In this document: positions 26,849 through 36,008 of the stretch, in pieces | Position numbering within the stretch: position 1 is the first letter of the stretch | Layout of the letters: every line of letters begins with the position of its first letter | DNA from: Parvibaculum sp. | GTDB lineage: Bacteria > Pseudomonadota > Alphaproteobacteria > Parvibaculales > Parvibaculaceae | Direction: 5' to 3' | DNA length: 64,000 nt | NCBI RefSeq assembly: GCF_039680535.1 | Contig: NZ_JBDKSS010000017.1 | Location: forward strand, 47,650 to 111,649 | Notes under the pieces: generated by a model | What the model was told of the DNA's origin: nothing | Seen by the model: the letters and a program-made list of their open reading frames with translations, nothing else | Database searches by the model: none | Made by a program: the position numbers and the translations under genes

Positions 26849-27913
26849 TCACAGCAACTCGGTTTCGACGGCGTTCTGGTCGGCAGCCGGGCCGAACTGA
26901 TCGATATAATACTCAACCGTCTTGCGAATGGCGGAGCGAACGTCGGTCGAGGGGTTCCAGCCGAGCGACTGGATCGCCTTGATCGAGGGCACGCGCACCA
27001 GCATGTCCTGATAGCCCTTGCCGTAATATTCGCCGGAGCTCGTGCTGACGAGCTTTACGCGGTCGCGCACATTCTCGTAGCCGGGAAATTCCGAAACGAC
27101 GGACAGCATCGTTTCAGCGAGTTCCGCAATCGACAGTTCCGCGGTCGGATTGCCGATGTTGAAAATGCGCTGGTCGGCGACGCCGTTCTCGTTTTCGAGA
27201 ATGCGCATCAGGGCCTCGATGGCATCGTCGATATAGATGAAGCAGCGCTTCTGCGCGCCGCCATCGACGAGCTGGATGTCCTTGCCGCGCAGGATGTTGC
27301 CAAGGAACTGCGTCAGCACGCGCGACGAGCCTTCATTGGCCGCCATGATGTTGTCGAGACGCGGACCGATGAAGTTGAAGGGACGGAACAGCGTGTAGCG
27401 CAGCTGGTCCTTGAGGCCATAGGCGTGGATCACGCGATCGAGAAGCTGCTTCGAGCAGGAATAGATCCAGCGCTGCTTGCCGATGGGCCCGAGCACCAGA
27501 TTGCTCGTCTCCTCGTCAAACTCCTGGTCCGGCGACATGCCGTAGACTTCCGAGGTCGAGGGGAAGACGACGCGCTTCTTGTAGCGGACGCAGTAGCGGA
27601 CGATGGCGAGATTGGCCTCGAAATCGAGCTCGAACACACGCAGCGGATCGGAGACGTAGACGGCGGGCGTCGCGATGGCGACAAGCGGCAGGACCACATC
27701 GCACTTGCGGACGTGATACTCGATCCACTCCTTGTTGATCGTGATGTCGCCTTCGACGAAGTGGAAGCGCGGATGGCCCATGCAGCCTTCCAGCTTGTCC
27801 TGCTGGAGGTCCATTCCATAGACCTCCCAGTCGCTCTTCGTTCGCAGTATCGCTTCGCTGAGATGGCTGCCGATGAAGCCGTTAACACCCAGAATCAGAA
27901 CCTTGAGGCCCAT
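26849..27913 (-). CDS. UDP-glucuronate decarboxylase (ArnA C-terminal-domain homologue, stand-alone)
   Basis: Rossmann motif GVNGFIGSHL and YSCSKQL (YxxxK). A long collinear stretch, FHFVEGDITINKEWIEYHVRKCDVVLPLVAIATP, is typical of the ArnA decarboxylase domain. Confidence 0.85.
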   Translation of the reverse strand: MGLKVLILGVNGFIGSHLSEAILRTKSDWEVYGMDLQQDKLEGCMGHPRFHFVEGDITINKEWIEYHVRKCDVVLPLVAIATPAVYVSDPLRVFELDFEANLAIVRYCVRYKKRVVFPSTSEVYGMSPDQEFDEETSNLVLGPIGKQRWIYSCSKQLLDRVIHAYGLKDQLRYTLFRPFNFIGPRLDNIMAANEGSSRVLTQFLGNILRGKDIQLVDGGAQKRCFIYIDDAIEALMRILENENGVADQRIFNIGNPTAELSIAELAETMLSVVSEFPGYENVRDRVKLVSTSSGEYYGKGYQDMLVRVPSIKAIQSLGWNPSTDVRSAIRKTVEYYIDQFGPAADQNAVETELL

Positions 27914-28122
27914 TCGTCCCTCTCAAGCGCTACAAGCGCCATTTGCCGCCTTCCGAGTCGGCTTGGAACCGCCCTCAAAAAGCGCAGATTTCTCCGGTTT
28001 TCCGGGGGGTTGCTGCCACCCCGAACGGCGCGTAGTGAACATTTTATCACATGCTACCGCAAGGGAATTTGGCACATGACGGCCATCCATTGCATAGCTT
28101 TCATATTCGCAGGCTCAATTGG

Positions 28123-29091
28123 CTAGAGCCAGCCGCGCCGCTTGAAATACCAATAGGGCACGACGGCGGACAGGATCATCAGCCCGATGGCCCATAGATA
28201 CCCGAATTGCCATTTCAGCTCGGGAATAATGTCGAAATTCATGCCGTAGATGCTGGCGACGAGCGTCGGCGGCAGGAAGACGACGGCAGCCACCGAGAAA
28301 ATCTTGATGATGCCGTTCTGCTCGTTGTTGATCATGCCGAGGGTGGCATCGAGCATGAAGTTGATGTTGCTGGTCAGAAAGCTCGCATGGTCGCTCAAGG
28401 CCATGACGTCCCGGGCGATGGTCTTGAAGCCACGCTCGAATGCCTTGGGCAGCTTCGTCTCCCCCGGCCTGCCGATGAAGCTCAGGAGTCTCGCAATGCT
28501 GACAAGGCTTTCACGTGCCTGGGTGGTCAGCGCCTGCACCTGACCGACGCGCCGCAGCACCTCGTCGAAATCGAGCTTCGGCGCGCTTTCATCCCGCACG
28601 AAAATGTCACTCGACAGGGTGTCGATTTCGCCCTGCACGCGCTCGAGAATATCGGCGACGCGATCGACGATGGCGTCGAGCAACCCGGCCAGCACCTCCT
28701 CGCCCGTGTTTGTGGGCATGGTGTGCCGCCGCGCCTTTGCCGCGAACACGCGGAAAGGAAGCGGCTCGGCATAGCGCAGCGTGAGAAGCCGGTGGCCGAC
28801 GAGAACGAATGTGACAGGAGAGCGGCCGGGCTTCGCGGTATCGGCGCCGACCATGACGGTCGCCGTCATGTAGAGAGCCCCCCTCTCCTGATAGAGGCGG
28901 CTCGAAACCTCGATCTCCTGCATCTCTTCTTCGGAAGGAACGTCGAGGCCCAGAACCTCGTCGACGAAGCGCTCCTCCTCGGGCGTCGGCTCAAGCAGAT
29001 CGAGCCAGACCACGGCGTCAGGGATTTGCCCATGAGGTTCGACTGGCAAGGGGCTGAGCGTGCCGTTCGATCTCACATAGGCAGTTATCAT
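28123..29091 (-). CDS. corA: Magnesium/cobalt transporter CorA
   Basis: YGMNF signature and two C-terminal TM helices. Confidence 0.85.
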   Translation of the reverse strand: MITAYVRSNGTLSPLPVEPHGQIPDAVVWLDLLEPTPEEERFVDEVLGLDVPSEEEMQEIEVSSRLYQERGALYMTATVMVGADTAKPGRSPVTFVLVGHRLLTLRYAEPLPFRVFAAKARRHTMPTNTGEEVLAGLLDAIVDRVADILERVQGEIDTLSSDIFVRDESAPKLDFDEVLRRVGQVQALTTQARESLVSIARLLSFIGRPGETKLPKAFERGFKTIARDVMALSDHASFLTSNINFMLDATLGMINNEQNGIIKIFSVAAVVFLPPTLVASIYGMNFDIIPELKWQFGYLWAIGLMILSAVVPYWYFKRRGWL

Positions 29092-29481
29092 CGCTTTCCC
29101 TCTACGCCATTTGCCTCGCGAATGGCGCGATCATGCCCAGAATGCGCCGCCGCCTCAATGGGGATTGGCGTCGGATGCGCGTCTTCTCGACGATGTTTAT
29201 CCACCCGGAATGTGAAGGAAATGCGCCGTTTCCGGATTGTCGCGAGAAAGGCCGACCTCGCGGCACCTTGACTTATGGCGGCGGAGAGCGCATTTACGCC
29301 GTGACTGTACTCGCGAGCGCGCTTTGCGCCGTCCATTTCAGCGGGCCTTGCGCCCCGGACGCGCCTAATCTCGGCACAGTCAGATCCCCCCGATCCAAGC
29401 GCGTTGGACGCGGCAACCCGCGCCAGAGGTCCGACCATACCGGTCGGCACCGATCCGCTTGTCTGAAAGATTAGTGACAGA

Positions 29482-30867
29482 ATGACGACCCAAACTTTCG
29501 CCGAACTCGGCATTGTCGAGCCCATTTGCCGTGCGCTTGCCGCCGAGGGCTACGAAACCCCTACCCCCATCCAGACACAGGCGATTCCCTCGCTGCTTCA
29601 GGGCCGCGACCTGCTCGGCCTTGCCCAGACGGGCACCGGCAAGACGGCGGCCTTTGCGCTGCCCATCCTGCAGAAGCTCGCCCATGATCAGACGAAGCGC
29701 ACCCCCCGCGGCGCGCGCGCGCTGATCCTCGCGCCGACGCGCGAACTCGCCATCCAGATCGACGAGAGCATTGCCGTTTATGGCCGCAACCTTCATCTCA
29801 GCCACACGGTCATCTTCGGCGGCGTAAGCCAGCTGCGCCAGGTGAAGGCGATGGCGAACGGCGTCGACATTCTTGTCGCCACGCCCGGCCGCCTGCTCGA
29901 CCTGATGAACCAGCGCCACGTCAAGCTCGCCGATACGAAGATCCTCGTCCTCGACGAAGCCGACCGCATGCTCGACATGGGTTTCGTCAACGATGTGAAG
30001 AAGATCATCGCCACCATGCCGCGCGAGCGGCACTCGCTGCTCTTCTCCGCGACCATGCCGAAGTCGATCGAATCTCTGGCAGCCGAAATTCTGCGTTCGC
30101 CGGTTCGCGTCGAGGTCACGCCTGAAGTCGTGACGGTCGATCGCATCGAGCAGCATGTCCTTTTCGTCGATCAGAAGCGCAAGCGCGAGCTTCTCGCCAA
30201 GCTTCTCGAAAATCCCGACCTCTCCCGCGTCATCATCTTCACGCGCACCAAGCACTGCGCCAACCGCGTCAGCGAGCAGCTCGACAAGGGCGGCGTTCCT
30301 TCTGCGGCGATCCATGGCAACAAGTCGCAGGGTGCCCGCCAGCGCGCGCTGGAACTGTTCCGCAGCGGCGACGCCCGCGTGCTTGTCGCAACCGATATTG
30401 CCGCGCGCGGCATCGACGTCGATGGCATCACGCATGTCATCAATTTCGAACTGCCGAACGAACCGGAAAGCTATGTCCATCGCATCGGCCGCACGGCCCG
30501 CGCCGGCACCAGCGGCATCGCGCTCTCCTTCTGCGATGCTTCGGAGCGTTCATACCTCAAGCAGATCGAACGCCTGACGCGCCGTACGCTCCAGGTCGTC
30601 GATACGCGCCCGCTGATCGGCGATACGCCTTCGGCAGCCTTCGCGGCAGAGCCCCAGGGCGAACGCCGCCAGCAGCAGCGCCCGAAGCAGGGCCAGCCGC
30701 GCGGCGGCAAGCCGCAAGGCAAGCCGCAGGCCCATGGCAAGCGCCCCGGCGCCGGCGGCCACGCCGCAGCGGCCCAGGGCGAGCAGCGCAAGAGTGACGG
30801 CGGCAGGAACCAGAGCCGCAACCGCCCCGGCAGCCGCGCCCGCAAGCGCTCGGCCAATGGCGGCTGA
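29482..30867 (+). CDS. rhlE: DEAD-box ATP-dependent RNA helicase
   Basis: [17 protein letters not shown] and [10 protein letters not shown] motifs, plus a basic low-complexity C-terminal tail. Confidence 0.85.
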   Translation: MTTQTFAELGIVEPICRALAAEGYETPTPIQTQAIPSLLQGRDLLGLAQTGTGKTAAFALPILQKLAHDQTKRTPRGARALILAPTRELAIQIDESIAVYGRNLHLSHTVIFGGVSQLRQVKAMANGVDILVATPGRLLDLMNQRHVKLADTKILVLDEADRMLDMGFVNDVKKIIATMPRERHSLLFSATMPKSIESLAAEILRSPVRVEVTPEVVTVDRIEQHVLFVDQKRKRELLAKLLENPDLSRVIIFTRTKHCANRVSEQLDKGGVPSAAIHGNKSQGARQRALELFRSGDARVLVATDIAARGIDVDGITHVINFELPNEPESYVHRIGRTARAGTSGIALSFCDASERSYLKQIERLTRRTLQVVDTRPLIGDTPSAAFAAEPQGERRQQQRPKQGQPRGGKPQGKPQAHGKRPGAGGHAAAAQGEQRKSDGGRNQSRNRPGSRARKRSANGG

Positions 30868-30893
30868 TTTCAGCGACCGACTTCAATGAATTG

Positions 30894-30925
30894 AAAGGCC
30901 GGGAAATTCAACTTCCCGGCCTTTT
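30894..30925. terminator. Bidirectional intrinsic terminator between rhlE and greB
   Basis: AAAGGCCGGGAA-attcaac-TTCCCGGCCTTTTT, with T/A runs on both sides. Confidence 0.6.
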
Positions 30926-31480
30926 TCATTTTTCGTCATATTGGATATCAACGATTTCGAGCATTTCGGGACCGTTCGGTGTGCGCACTTCGACCTGATC
31001 GCCCACCTCCGCCTTCAACAAGGCCCGCGCGACCGGAGATACCCAACTGATCTCGCCGAGTTCGCTCCGCGCCTCGTCCACGCCGACGATTCGCACGGTC
31101 CGCTCCTCCCCCGCCTTATTTTCATAAGTCACGATCGCGCCGAAAAAGACCTGATCGCGTTTCGTCTGGCGCGCCGGATCGACAACCTCCGCGATCTCAA
31201 GCCGCTTGCCTAAAAACCGCATACGGCGGTCGATTTCACGCAGGCGCTTCTTTCCATAAATGTAATCGCCATTCTCCGAGCGATCGCCATTGCCCGCAGC
31301 CCATGCAACCGTCTCAACAACTTTTGGCCGCTCGACGCGCTTGAGATGGCGCAGTTCCGCCTGCAACCGCTCAAAGCCCTTACGCGTGATGTAATTCTTT
31401 GTGCCAGGCGGCAACGCATCGGTCGCTTCGAGATCGTCCTCGGCTTCGTTTTCGCTTTCTTTTGTGAATGCTTTGCTCAT
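30926..31480 (-). CDS. greB: GreA/GreB-family transcription elongation factor
   Basis: Coiled-coil N-terminal domain (ITRKGFERLQAELRHL) and C-terminal domain (ISWVSPVARALL, GDQVEV). At 184 aa it has an acidic N-terminal extension. Confidence 0.7.
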   Translation of the reverse strand: MSKAFTKESENEAEDDLEATDALPPGTKNYITRKGFERLQAELRHLKRVERPKVVETVAWAAGNGDRSENGDYIYGKKRLREIDRRMRFLGKRLEIAEVVDPARQTKRDQVFFGAIVTYENKAGEERTVRIVGVDEARSELGEISWVSPVARALLKAEVGDQVEVRTPNGPEMLEIVDIQYDEK

Positions 31481-31609
31481 ACTCGGTCACGTTGGCTTGA
31501 ATATATTTTCGACAAATTGCCTGCAAAGTGGCAGCGTATCGGGCGCGCAGATATAGTTTGTACGAATCTTTTCAATTTACCCGCTAACAACGCCCGTCGG
31601 AGTCGATCC

Positions 31610-32353
31610 TTGGACGTCTATGTCATCAATCTCGAAAGCCAGACAGATCGTTTGGCCAGAATGCGGACCCGTGTTCCCGACCTTCGGCGCATAGCGGCTG
31701 TAGATGGCTGGAAACTCCCTCCGGAAGAACTCGCCCGCGGACTCCATTTTCCAAACGGCTACGACCTTACACCACCAGAAATGGGCTGCACGAAGAGCCA
31801 TCGCGCCGCCTGGTCGGAACTGATCGAAAGCGGAGCTTCCTGCGCATGCGTACTTGAAGACGATGCCATGCTCAGCGCCGATTTCGATCGCATTGTCGGG
31901 CGGCATGACTGGTTGCCTGCCCGCTACGACCTCATCAAGATCGAGACTACACAGAAAGACATCCTGCTCGACAAACGCCCGATAGGCGAAATCGACGACC
32001 GGAGACTTCATCGCCTCCGGTCCCGGCATCTCGGCGCCGGCGGCTATATCGTCAGCCGCACCGGTGCTGAAAAGCTGCTGAGGCTTTCGGAGAGCTACCG
32101 CTATCCGATCGACGTGTTGATGTTCGATCATCGTGTGCCGGAGTTCTCGCAGCTCCGCATATATCAAATGACCCCCGCATTGTGCGTTCAGCCGCCCTAT
32201 GCCGGCGAGCGCCAGACCGACAGCAGCATTGAAGCCCATCGCGCGCGCAAGCCGAAACGCACATGGCGCTACAGCATCGGACGCAGGCTTCACGATCTCA
32301 GGGACCTGACGAAGCGGCCAGGCTCTTTGTCCCTCAGCGTCCCCTTCGCCTGA
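31610..32353 (+). CDS. Glycosyltransferase family 25 (LPS/LOS biosynthesis type)
   Basis: N-terminus LDVYVINLESQTDRLARM. The only in-frame start near it is TTG 31610, with GGAG 8 nt upstream. The ORF-track start at 31346 would overlap greB. Confidence 0.65.
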   Translation: MDVYVINLESQTDRLARMRTRVPDLRRIAAVDGWKLPPEELARGLHFPNGYDLTPPEMGCTKSHRAAWSELIESGASCACVLEDDAMLSADFDRIVGRHDWLPARYDLIKIETTQKDILLDKRPIGEIDDRRLHRLRSRHLGAGGYIVSRTGAEKLLRLSESYRYPIDVLMFDHRVPEFSQLRIYQMTPALCVQPPYAGERQTDSSIEAHRARKPKRTWRYSIGRRLHDLRDLTKRPGSLSLSVPFA

Positions 32354-32374
32354 TCCGGTGCCGTACCGGCCCGT

Positions 32375-33103
32375 TCAGTTACGGGCGATCTCCGCTTCGA
32401 TCACCGCTATCGCGTTGATCCTCAACGCCTCATCGAAAACCGACTTCAGCCATTCCATGTCATTGACCCTGACAAGGCCCTGTCTCGTCGGGTTCTTCAA
32501 TCCGTAATTTGCCCCCATGCGCGCGCCAAGCATGCACCAGGCGCCATTGAGCTTGTCCGCGCCTTGCGTCTGCCAGACCTTCAGATGCTCGGCCGCATCG
32601 GAAAACCGGACCACCCGTCCCGTCAGCTTCGTGCATTCGCGAAAGGCGGCGCGCCAGGCGAGGAACGGCGTCGCATTGAACCGCGTCTCGGTGGCGATGT
32701 CGGTGGTCAGCACTCGCGATCCCTCCATCGAGGAGAAGAAATCGACGACATCCGGCTTCATCGACCTGACCGCACTCCTGCTCAGAAGCTTCAGTCCACC
32801 ATTGAACCAGCGCAGACCGTTGACCGCATTTCGCGCACTCCACATCTGGATATCCGCGATGCTCGCCCCTTCCGGAATTGCGAAAGAGAAGCCGTCCAGA
32901 ATCCAGCTGTCGGCATCGACCATGTAGAAGTAAGGCGTGGCGGCGAGGTCCGCCACCGCCTGATAAGCCGCATAAATTCCGCGTACGCCATGCAGCCGCT
33001 TGGCCGACGGAGCAAAGCTCTTCAGCCTCTCGAAATGCTCGTCGGCATTCGGCTCGTCGAAACTGACGAAGATGATGTCCGGCGTCTGCATTGCCTTGTC
33101 CAC
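32375..33103 (-). CDS. Hypothetical protein, possible GT-A-like nucleotide-sugar transferase
   Basis: IIFVSFDEPNADEHF and YFYMVDADSWI (DxD-like) are suggestive only. It is convergent with the GT25 gene in an AT-richer stretch. Confidence 0.5.
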   Translation of the reverse strand: MDKAMQTPDIIFVSFDEPNADEHFERLKSFAPSAKRLHGVRGIYAAYQAVADLAATPYFYMVDADSWILDGFSFAIPEGASIADIQMWSARNAVNGLRWFNGGLKLLSRSAVRSMKPDVVDFFSSMEGSRVLTTDIATETRFNATPFLAWRAAFRECTKLTGRVVRFSDAAEHLKVWQTQGADKLNGAWCMLGARMGANYGLKNPTRQGLVRVNDMEWLKSVFDEALRINAIAVIEAEIARN

Positions 33104-33242
33104 TTTGACGACCGCCCGACAAGAATTCGGAGGTCAATTCAACCACTCCATTTGAGAATGGCCGGAGCGGCAAAGTCAAAGCGGAACCGTCCCAAATTGA
33201 AAACCGGCTTTGGTGCATTTTTTGAGGAAGGCAGGCAGCCGT

Positions 33243-33776
33243 TCAGTCTTGCGCGGCAACCACCGCCCCCATGACCCGGCGCGGGTCGGCGCCGCTTTTC
33301 TGGATGATGTCGGCGAGCGAACGCGCATCGGCGGCGGGTTCGATGCCCGCCACGCGCAGTCGCGCAAAGATTTCATCCTGCGAAATGCCGAGCACCGCGG
33401 CAGACGCTTCAAGGGGCGCGTTTTCGACCGCGCGCGCTATCACACGAATGGGATTTTCCTCCTCGCCCCCGATGAGCGCACCGCCGATGAACACAGCTGC
33501 AACCAGCGCGACGGCAAGGGCGGAGAGCCTGGTGACCCGCTGCTTCAACATGATCTGAAGCGGGTTCCAGTTCTTCACGACATGAAGAAGCGCCACAGCA
33601 ACGAAGGCGACGCCAATCCACTCGTGCATCTCCTTTACGGAACCCTCGAACAGCCCGAAAAAGAGCATGAGGCCCGATGCACCAATCACGACGAAGACCG
33701 ATGCGGTCAACGGCGTCGCCAGATTGCGTGGGACGATACCGAAAATACGATCGCGCCTTGTCGCCGTGTTGCTCAT
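33243..33776 (-). CDS. DUF4405-like membrane protein
   Basis: His-bearing TM helices (HEWIGVAFVAVALLHVVKNW). Length is 177 aa. Confidence 0.65.
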   Translation of the reverse strand: MSNTATRRDRIFGIVPRNLATPLTASVFVVIGASGLMLFFGLFEGSVKEMHEWIGVAFVAVALLHVVKNWNPLQIMLKQRVTRLSALAVALVAAVFIGGALIGGEEENPIRVIARAVENAPLEASAAVLGISQDEIFARLRVAGIEPAADARSLADIIQKSGADPRRVMGAVVAAQD

Positions 33777-33946
33777 CTCTGCTGCACTCCTCTTACAGGA
33801 CGAAACCTCGCCCGCCGGTATCCCGATTGTTTCTGATGGTCAGTCATACGCCTGGCCGCGCAAAAACCTGCGCGGATCCGCGGTCGCCGGTCGATATGTC
33901 GCAGAGGGCTAGCATTGGGAGGCCGGCTTCAGAACTGCCGGAAGAT

Positions 33947-33996
33947 TGGTGGGCGCACGTGGACTCGAACCACGGACCCGCTGATTAAGAGTTAGC
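33947..33996 (-). pseudogene. 3' fragment (~50 nt) of a tRNA-Lys(CUU) gene, i.e. an att-like remnant
   Basis: The minus strand reads GCTAACTCTTAATCAGCGGGTCCGTGGTTCGAGTCCACGTGCGCCCACCA. This covers the anticodon loop CTCTTAA (CUU), T-arm CGTGG-TTCGAGT-CCACG, the 3' acceptor strand and CCA. No complementary 5' acceptor strand or D-arm follows upstream. Confidence 0.7.
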
Positions 33997-34140
33997 AGCG
34001 GTTCAATAAAATCAAGGCTCATTTGGACTTTTTAGTCCATCTCCGGCCGCGGATTTCTCCGGCTGTCCAGTCCCGAGTCCAAACGTGGGGATGTCCCGCT
34101 TGATGTTGAAAAGCGGCGATCGGCGTCGCTGGCATGAATG

Positions 34141-34584
34141 CTATGCGGCCTTGGCGGTTTGAGCAAGATGCTCGTTCGAGGGGGCGGCATTCGCTTTGCG
34201 TGCGGCGAGCGCCGCCTTCAGAAGCGGAAGCTGCTTATGGGCCTTCAGCCGCCTGAAGCCTTTGGCGGCCTCCTGCATGGCGGCGCCCACCCAGCGCAGA
34301 GCCATCGAAGGCGAGCGCCAGTATTTCACGTTGCGGCAGACGCGCCGCACCGTCCCCATGACGTTCTCGACGATGTTGGTGCAGGCCAGCGACCGCCGCA
34401 GGTCGGCCGGCAACCCGAGCCGCGTGACGGTGAGCATCTCGTCGAGCCCTTCGAGGATCGAGGCGGAAACGCCCTCCCAATCCTTTTCGAGACGCCGGGC
34501 GAGGTTTCGAAGCAGCGTCTCGGCCTTGGCGGCGTCGTCCATTTCCCAAGCCTGCCGCAACACGCGCCTCACCTGGGCGTGCAT
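34141..34584 (-). mobile_element. C-terminal fragment of a DDE transposase (family unconfirmed), fused in frame to truncated brxL
   Basis: These are the last ~147 aa of the 384-aa ORF: LTVTRLGLPADLRRSLACTNIVENVMGTVRRVCRNVKYWRSPSMALRWVGAAMQEAAKGFRRLKAHKQLPLL. I recognise this as a widespread transposase C-terminal signature. No catalytic N-terminal part is present. Confidence 0.5.
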
Positions 34585-35295
34585 CGACTTGCCGGTGCCC
34601 CGTGGCCCAAGCTCGACCAGATTGTAGTTGCGCTCGACAAACGGGATCATCCTCAGCAGCGCGACGAGCTTTGCTCGCTCAGAGAATGCGCCGGGTTCGA
34701 GCCCGATTGAACGCAGCAGGAAGTCGATCCACTGTGCCGTACTGAAACTTCCCCGGGCCTTGGCATAAACATCGAGCACGTCTGACTTCGACATCTGGAT
34801 CGGGCGAAGCGCGTCGATCTTGAAGGGACGGCCGCCCTTCTCCTGAGCGATGATTCCGTCGTAGGTGAGAGTCACTTCGGCGTAGAAACCGTCAGTCAGC
34901 AAGCGCTCGTTGTCGCGAACCAGCTGATCTTCGATTCGAACATCCCGCAGCGTCAGACTTGGCAATTCGGCAACGTAACAATCGTTCTTGGCGTCCAGCC
35001 GGGCGCGGACGATGTCGATGATCTTGATCGAACCGGTCTCTCTGGCACGCGCCTTAAACAGCTCTTCCTCGCCTGTGCGAACGGTGCGATCCTTGAGTTG
35101 CTTCTCAACGATTTGCAGCCCTTCGGCGATTTCACTTTCGTTGACGCTGGCGCAATAGCGTCCGAGCAGGAACTCCACGACGTAAGTCGGGACGGGATAT
35201 TGGCGCGAATACTTCCGGACCAAATCCTTTCGGACAATGTATCCGTCAAAAACCGGTGCCGCCAATCTATCCAGGTCGTCGAGTGCCATGCTCAT
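34585..35295 (-). pseudogene. brxL: brxL fragment (N-terminal ~237 aa of the BREX Lon-like protein)
   Basis: Collinear with the BrxL N-terminus: VRKDLVRKY..PVPTYVVEFLLGRYCAS, GSIKIIDIV, RLLTDGF, RPIQMSK, QWIDFLLRSIGLEP, LLRMIPFVERNYNLVELGPRGTGKS (Walker A). The sequence then switches abruptly to transposase-like residues. The ATPase remainder and the Lon protease domain are absent. Confidence 0.85.
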
Positions 35296-36008
35296 TGATC
35301 TTCTCCGACAGTTGTCGGCTTGTAATCGAGTACCCGTCCAGATGCGTCGAAGACGACAACCGACGCAGCCGCTCCTTCGTGTTTGTCATCTGAAACAGCC
35401 AAGCTCGTTTCGCCGTTTGTTGCGAGTTCTTTTGCGAATGCCGCAATGCTGGATGCGGCCTGTTTCCAGTTGAGCCGTAGATCGACCATGACTCTTGGCG
35501 TGTTGGTTCGAACGGCCACGCGACACCGCATCCCGCGCCAGGTGACCTCGGTGATGGCCGCCAAAGATGCTTCCTCGCCGCGCTCGACGATCATGTCGGG
35601 GATGACGCATTCCTGAAGGCTGACGCCGCCGTGGGCGTACTCGGTGTTCGCCATGAACGCGCCCACGCCCGGAGGCGAAGCGATCCGAAGAACCGGATTC
35701 CAGTACCAGGGATAGGTCGGTATCGCCGGCGTCGAGTGTCCCTTCACGGCGGCACAGCGCGCCCACTTGGTCGCCACGAGATGCGGCGAAAGCTCGACCT
35801 TCGGCAGACCGCCGGGAAGCAGAAGCCAGCCATGGTCTGTTACGACCCGCACGCGGGTCCAGCCAGAGCTCAGGAGCGACGTGACCCGATCGACGAGCGC
35901 ATCGATCTCAGGATCGATCTGGCGAACGAGAAGCGCATCAAGGGAGTGACCCAGCGCGTCGAGCTTGCCCGTCTCGGTCCAGCCACCGCCTTCGCCGCCA
36001 ACCGCCAT
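35292..36008 (-). pseudogene. pglZ: pglZ fragment (C-terminal ~240 aa of the BREX alkaline-phosphatase-fold protein)
   Basis: VVTDHGWLLLPGGLPKVEL...KWARCAAV...EYAHGGVSLQECVIPDMIV is a PglZ C-terminal pattern. The stop overlaps the brxL start (ATGA). The frame stays open upstream only to 36101, and roughly 600 N-terminal residues of a full PglZ are missing. Confidence 0.75.

Noticed and set aside
28070-28095. Sigma-54-like TGGCAC ... TTGCAT upstream of the arn-like operon.
   Set aside because: The spacing between the two elements is 14 nt rather than the canonical 5. They are also on the plus strand, pointing at the 3' end of the minus-strand corA gene rather than into the minus-strand arn operon.
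25871-28126. 751-aa plus-strand ORF.
   Set aside because: It is antisense to the arnD-like and ArnA C-domain-like genes, whose similarity to the Arn proteins is unambiguous. It has shadow-ORF composition.
29133-29474. 113-aa ORF in the rhlE upstream region.
   Set aside because: It has no RBS, an Arg-rich composition and no motif. The region is more plausibly a 5' leader.
33947-34030. Complete tRNA gene.
   Set aside because: The sequence upstream of the anticodon arm (GAGCCTTGATTTTATTGAACCGCTG on the minus strand) cannot form a D-arm or pair with the 3' acceptor strand TGCGCCC. Only the 3' half is present.
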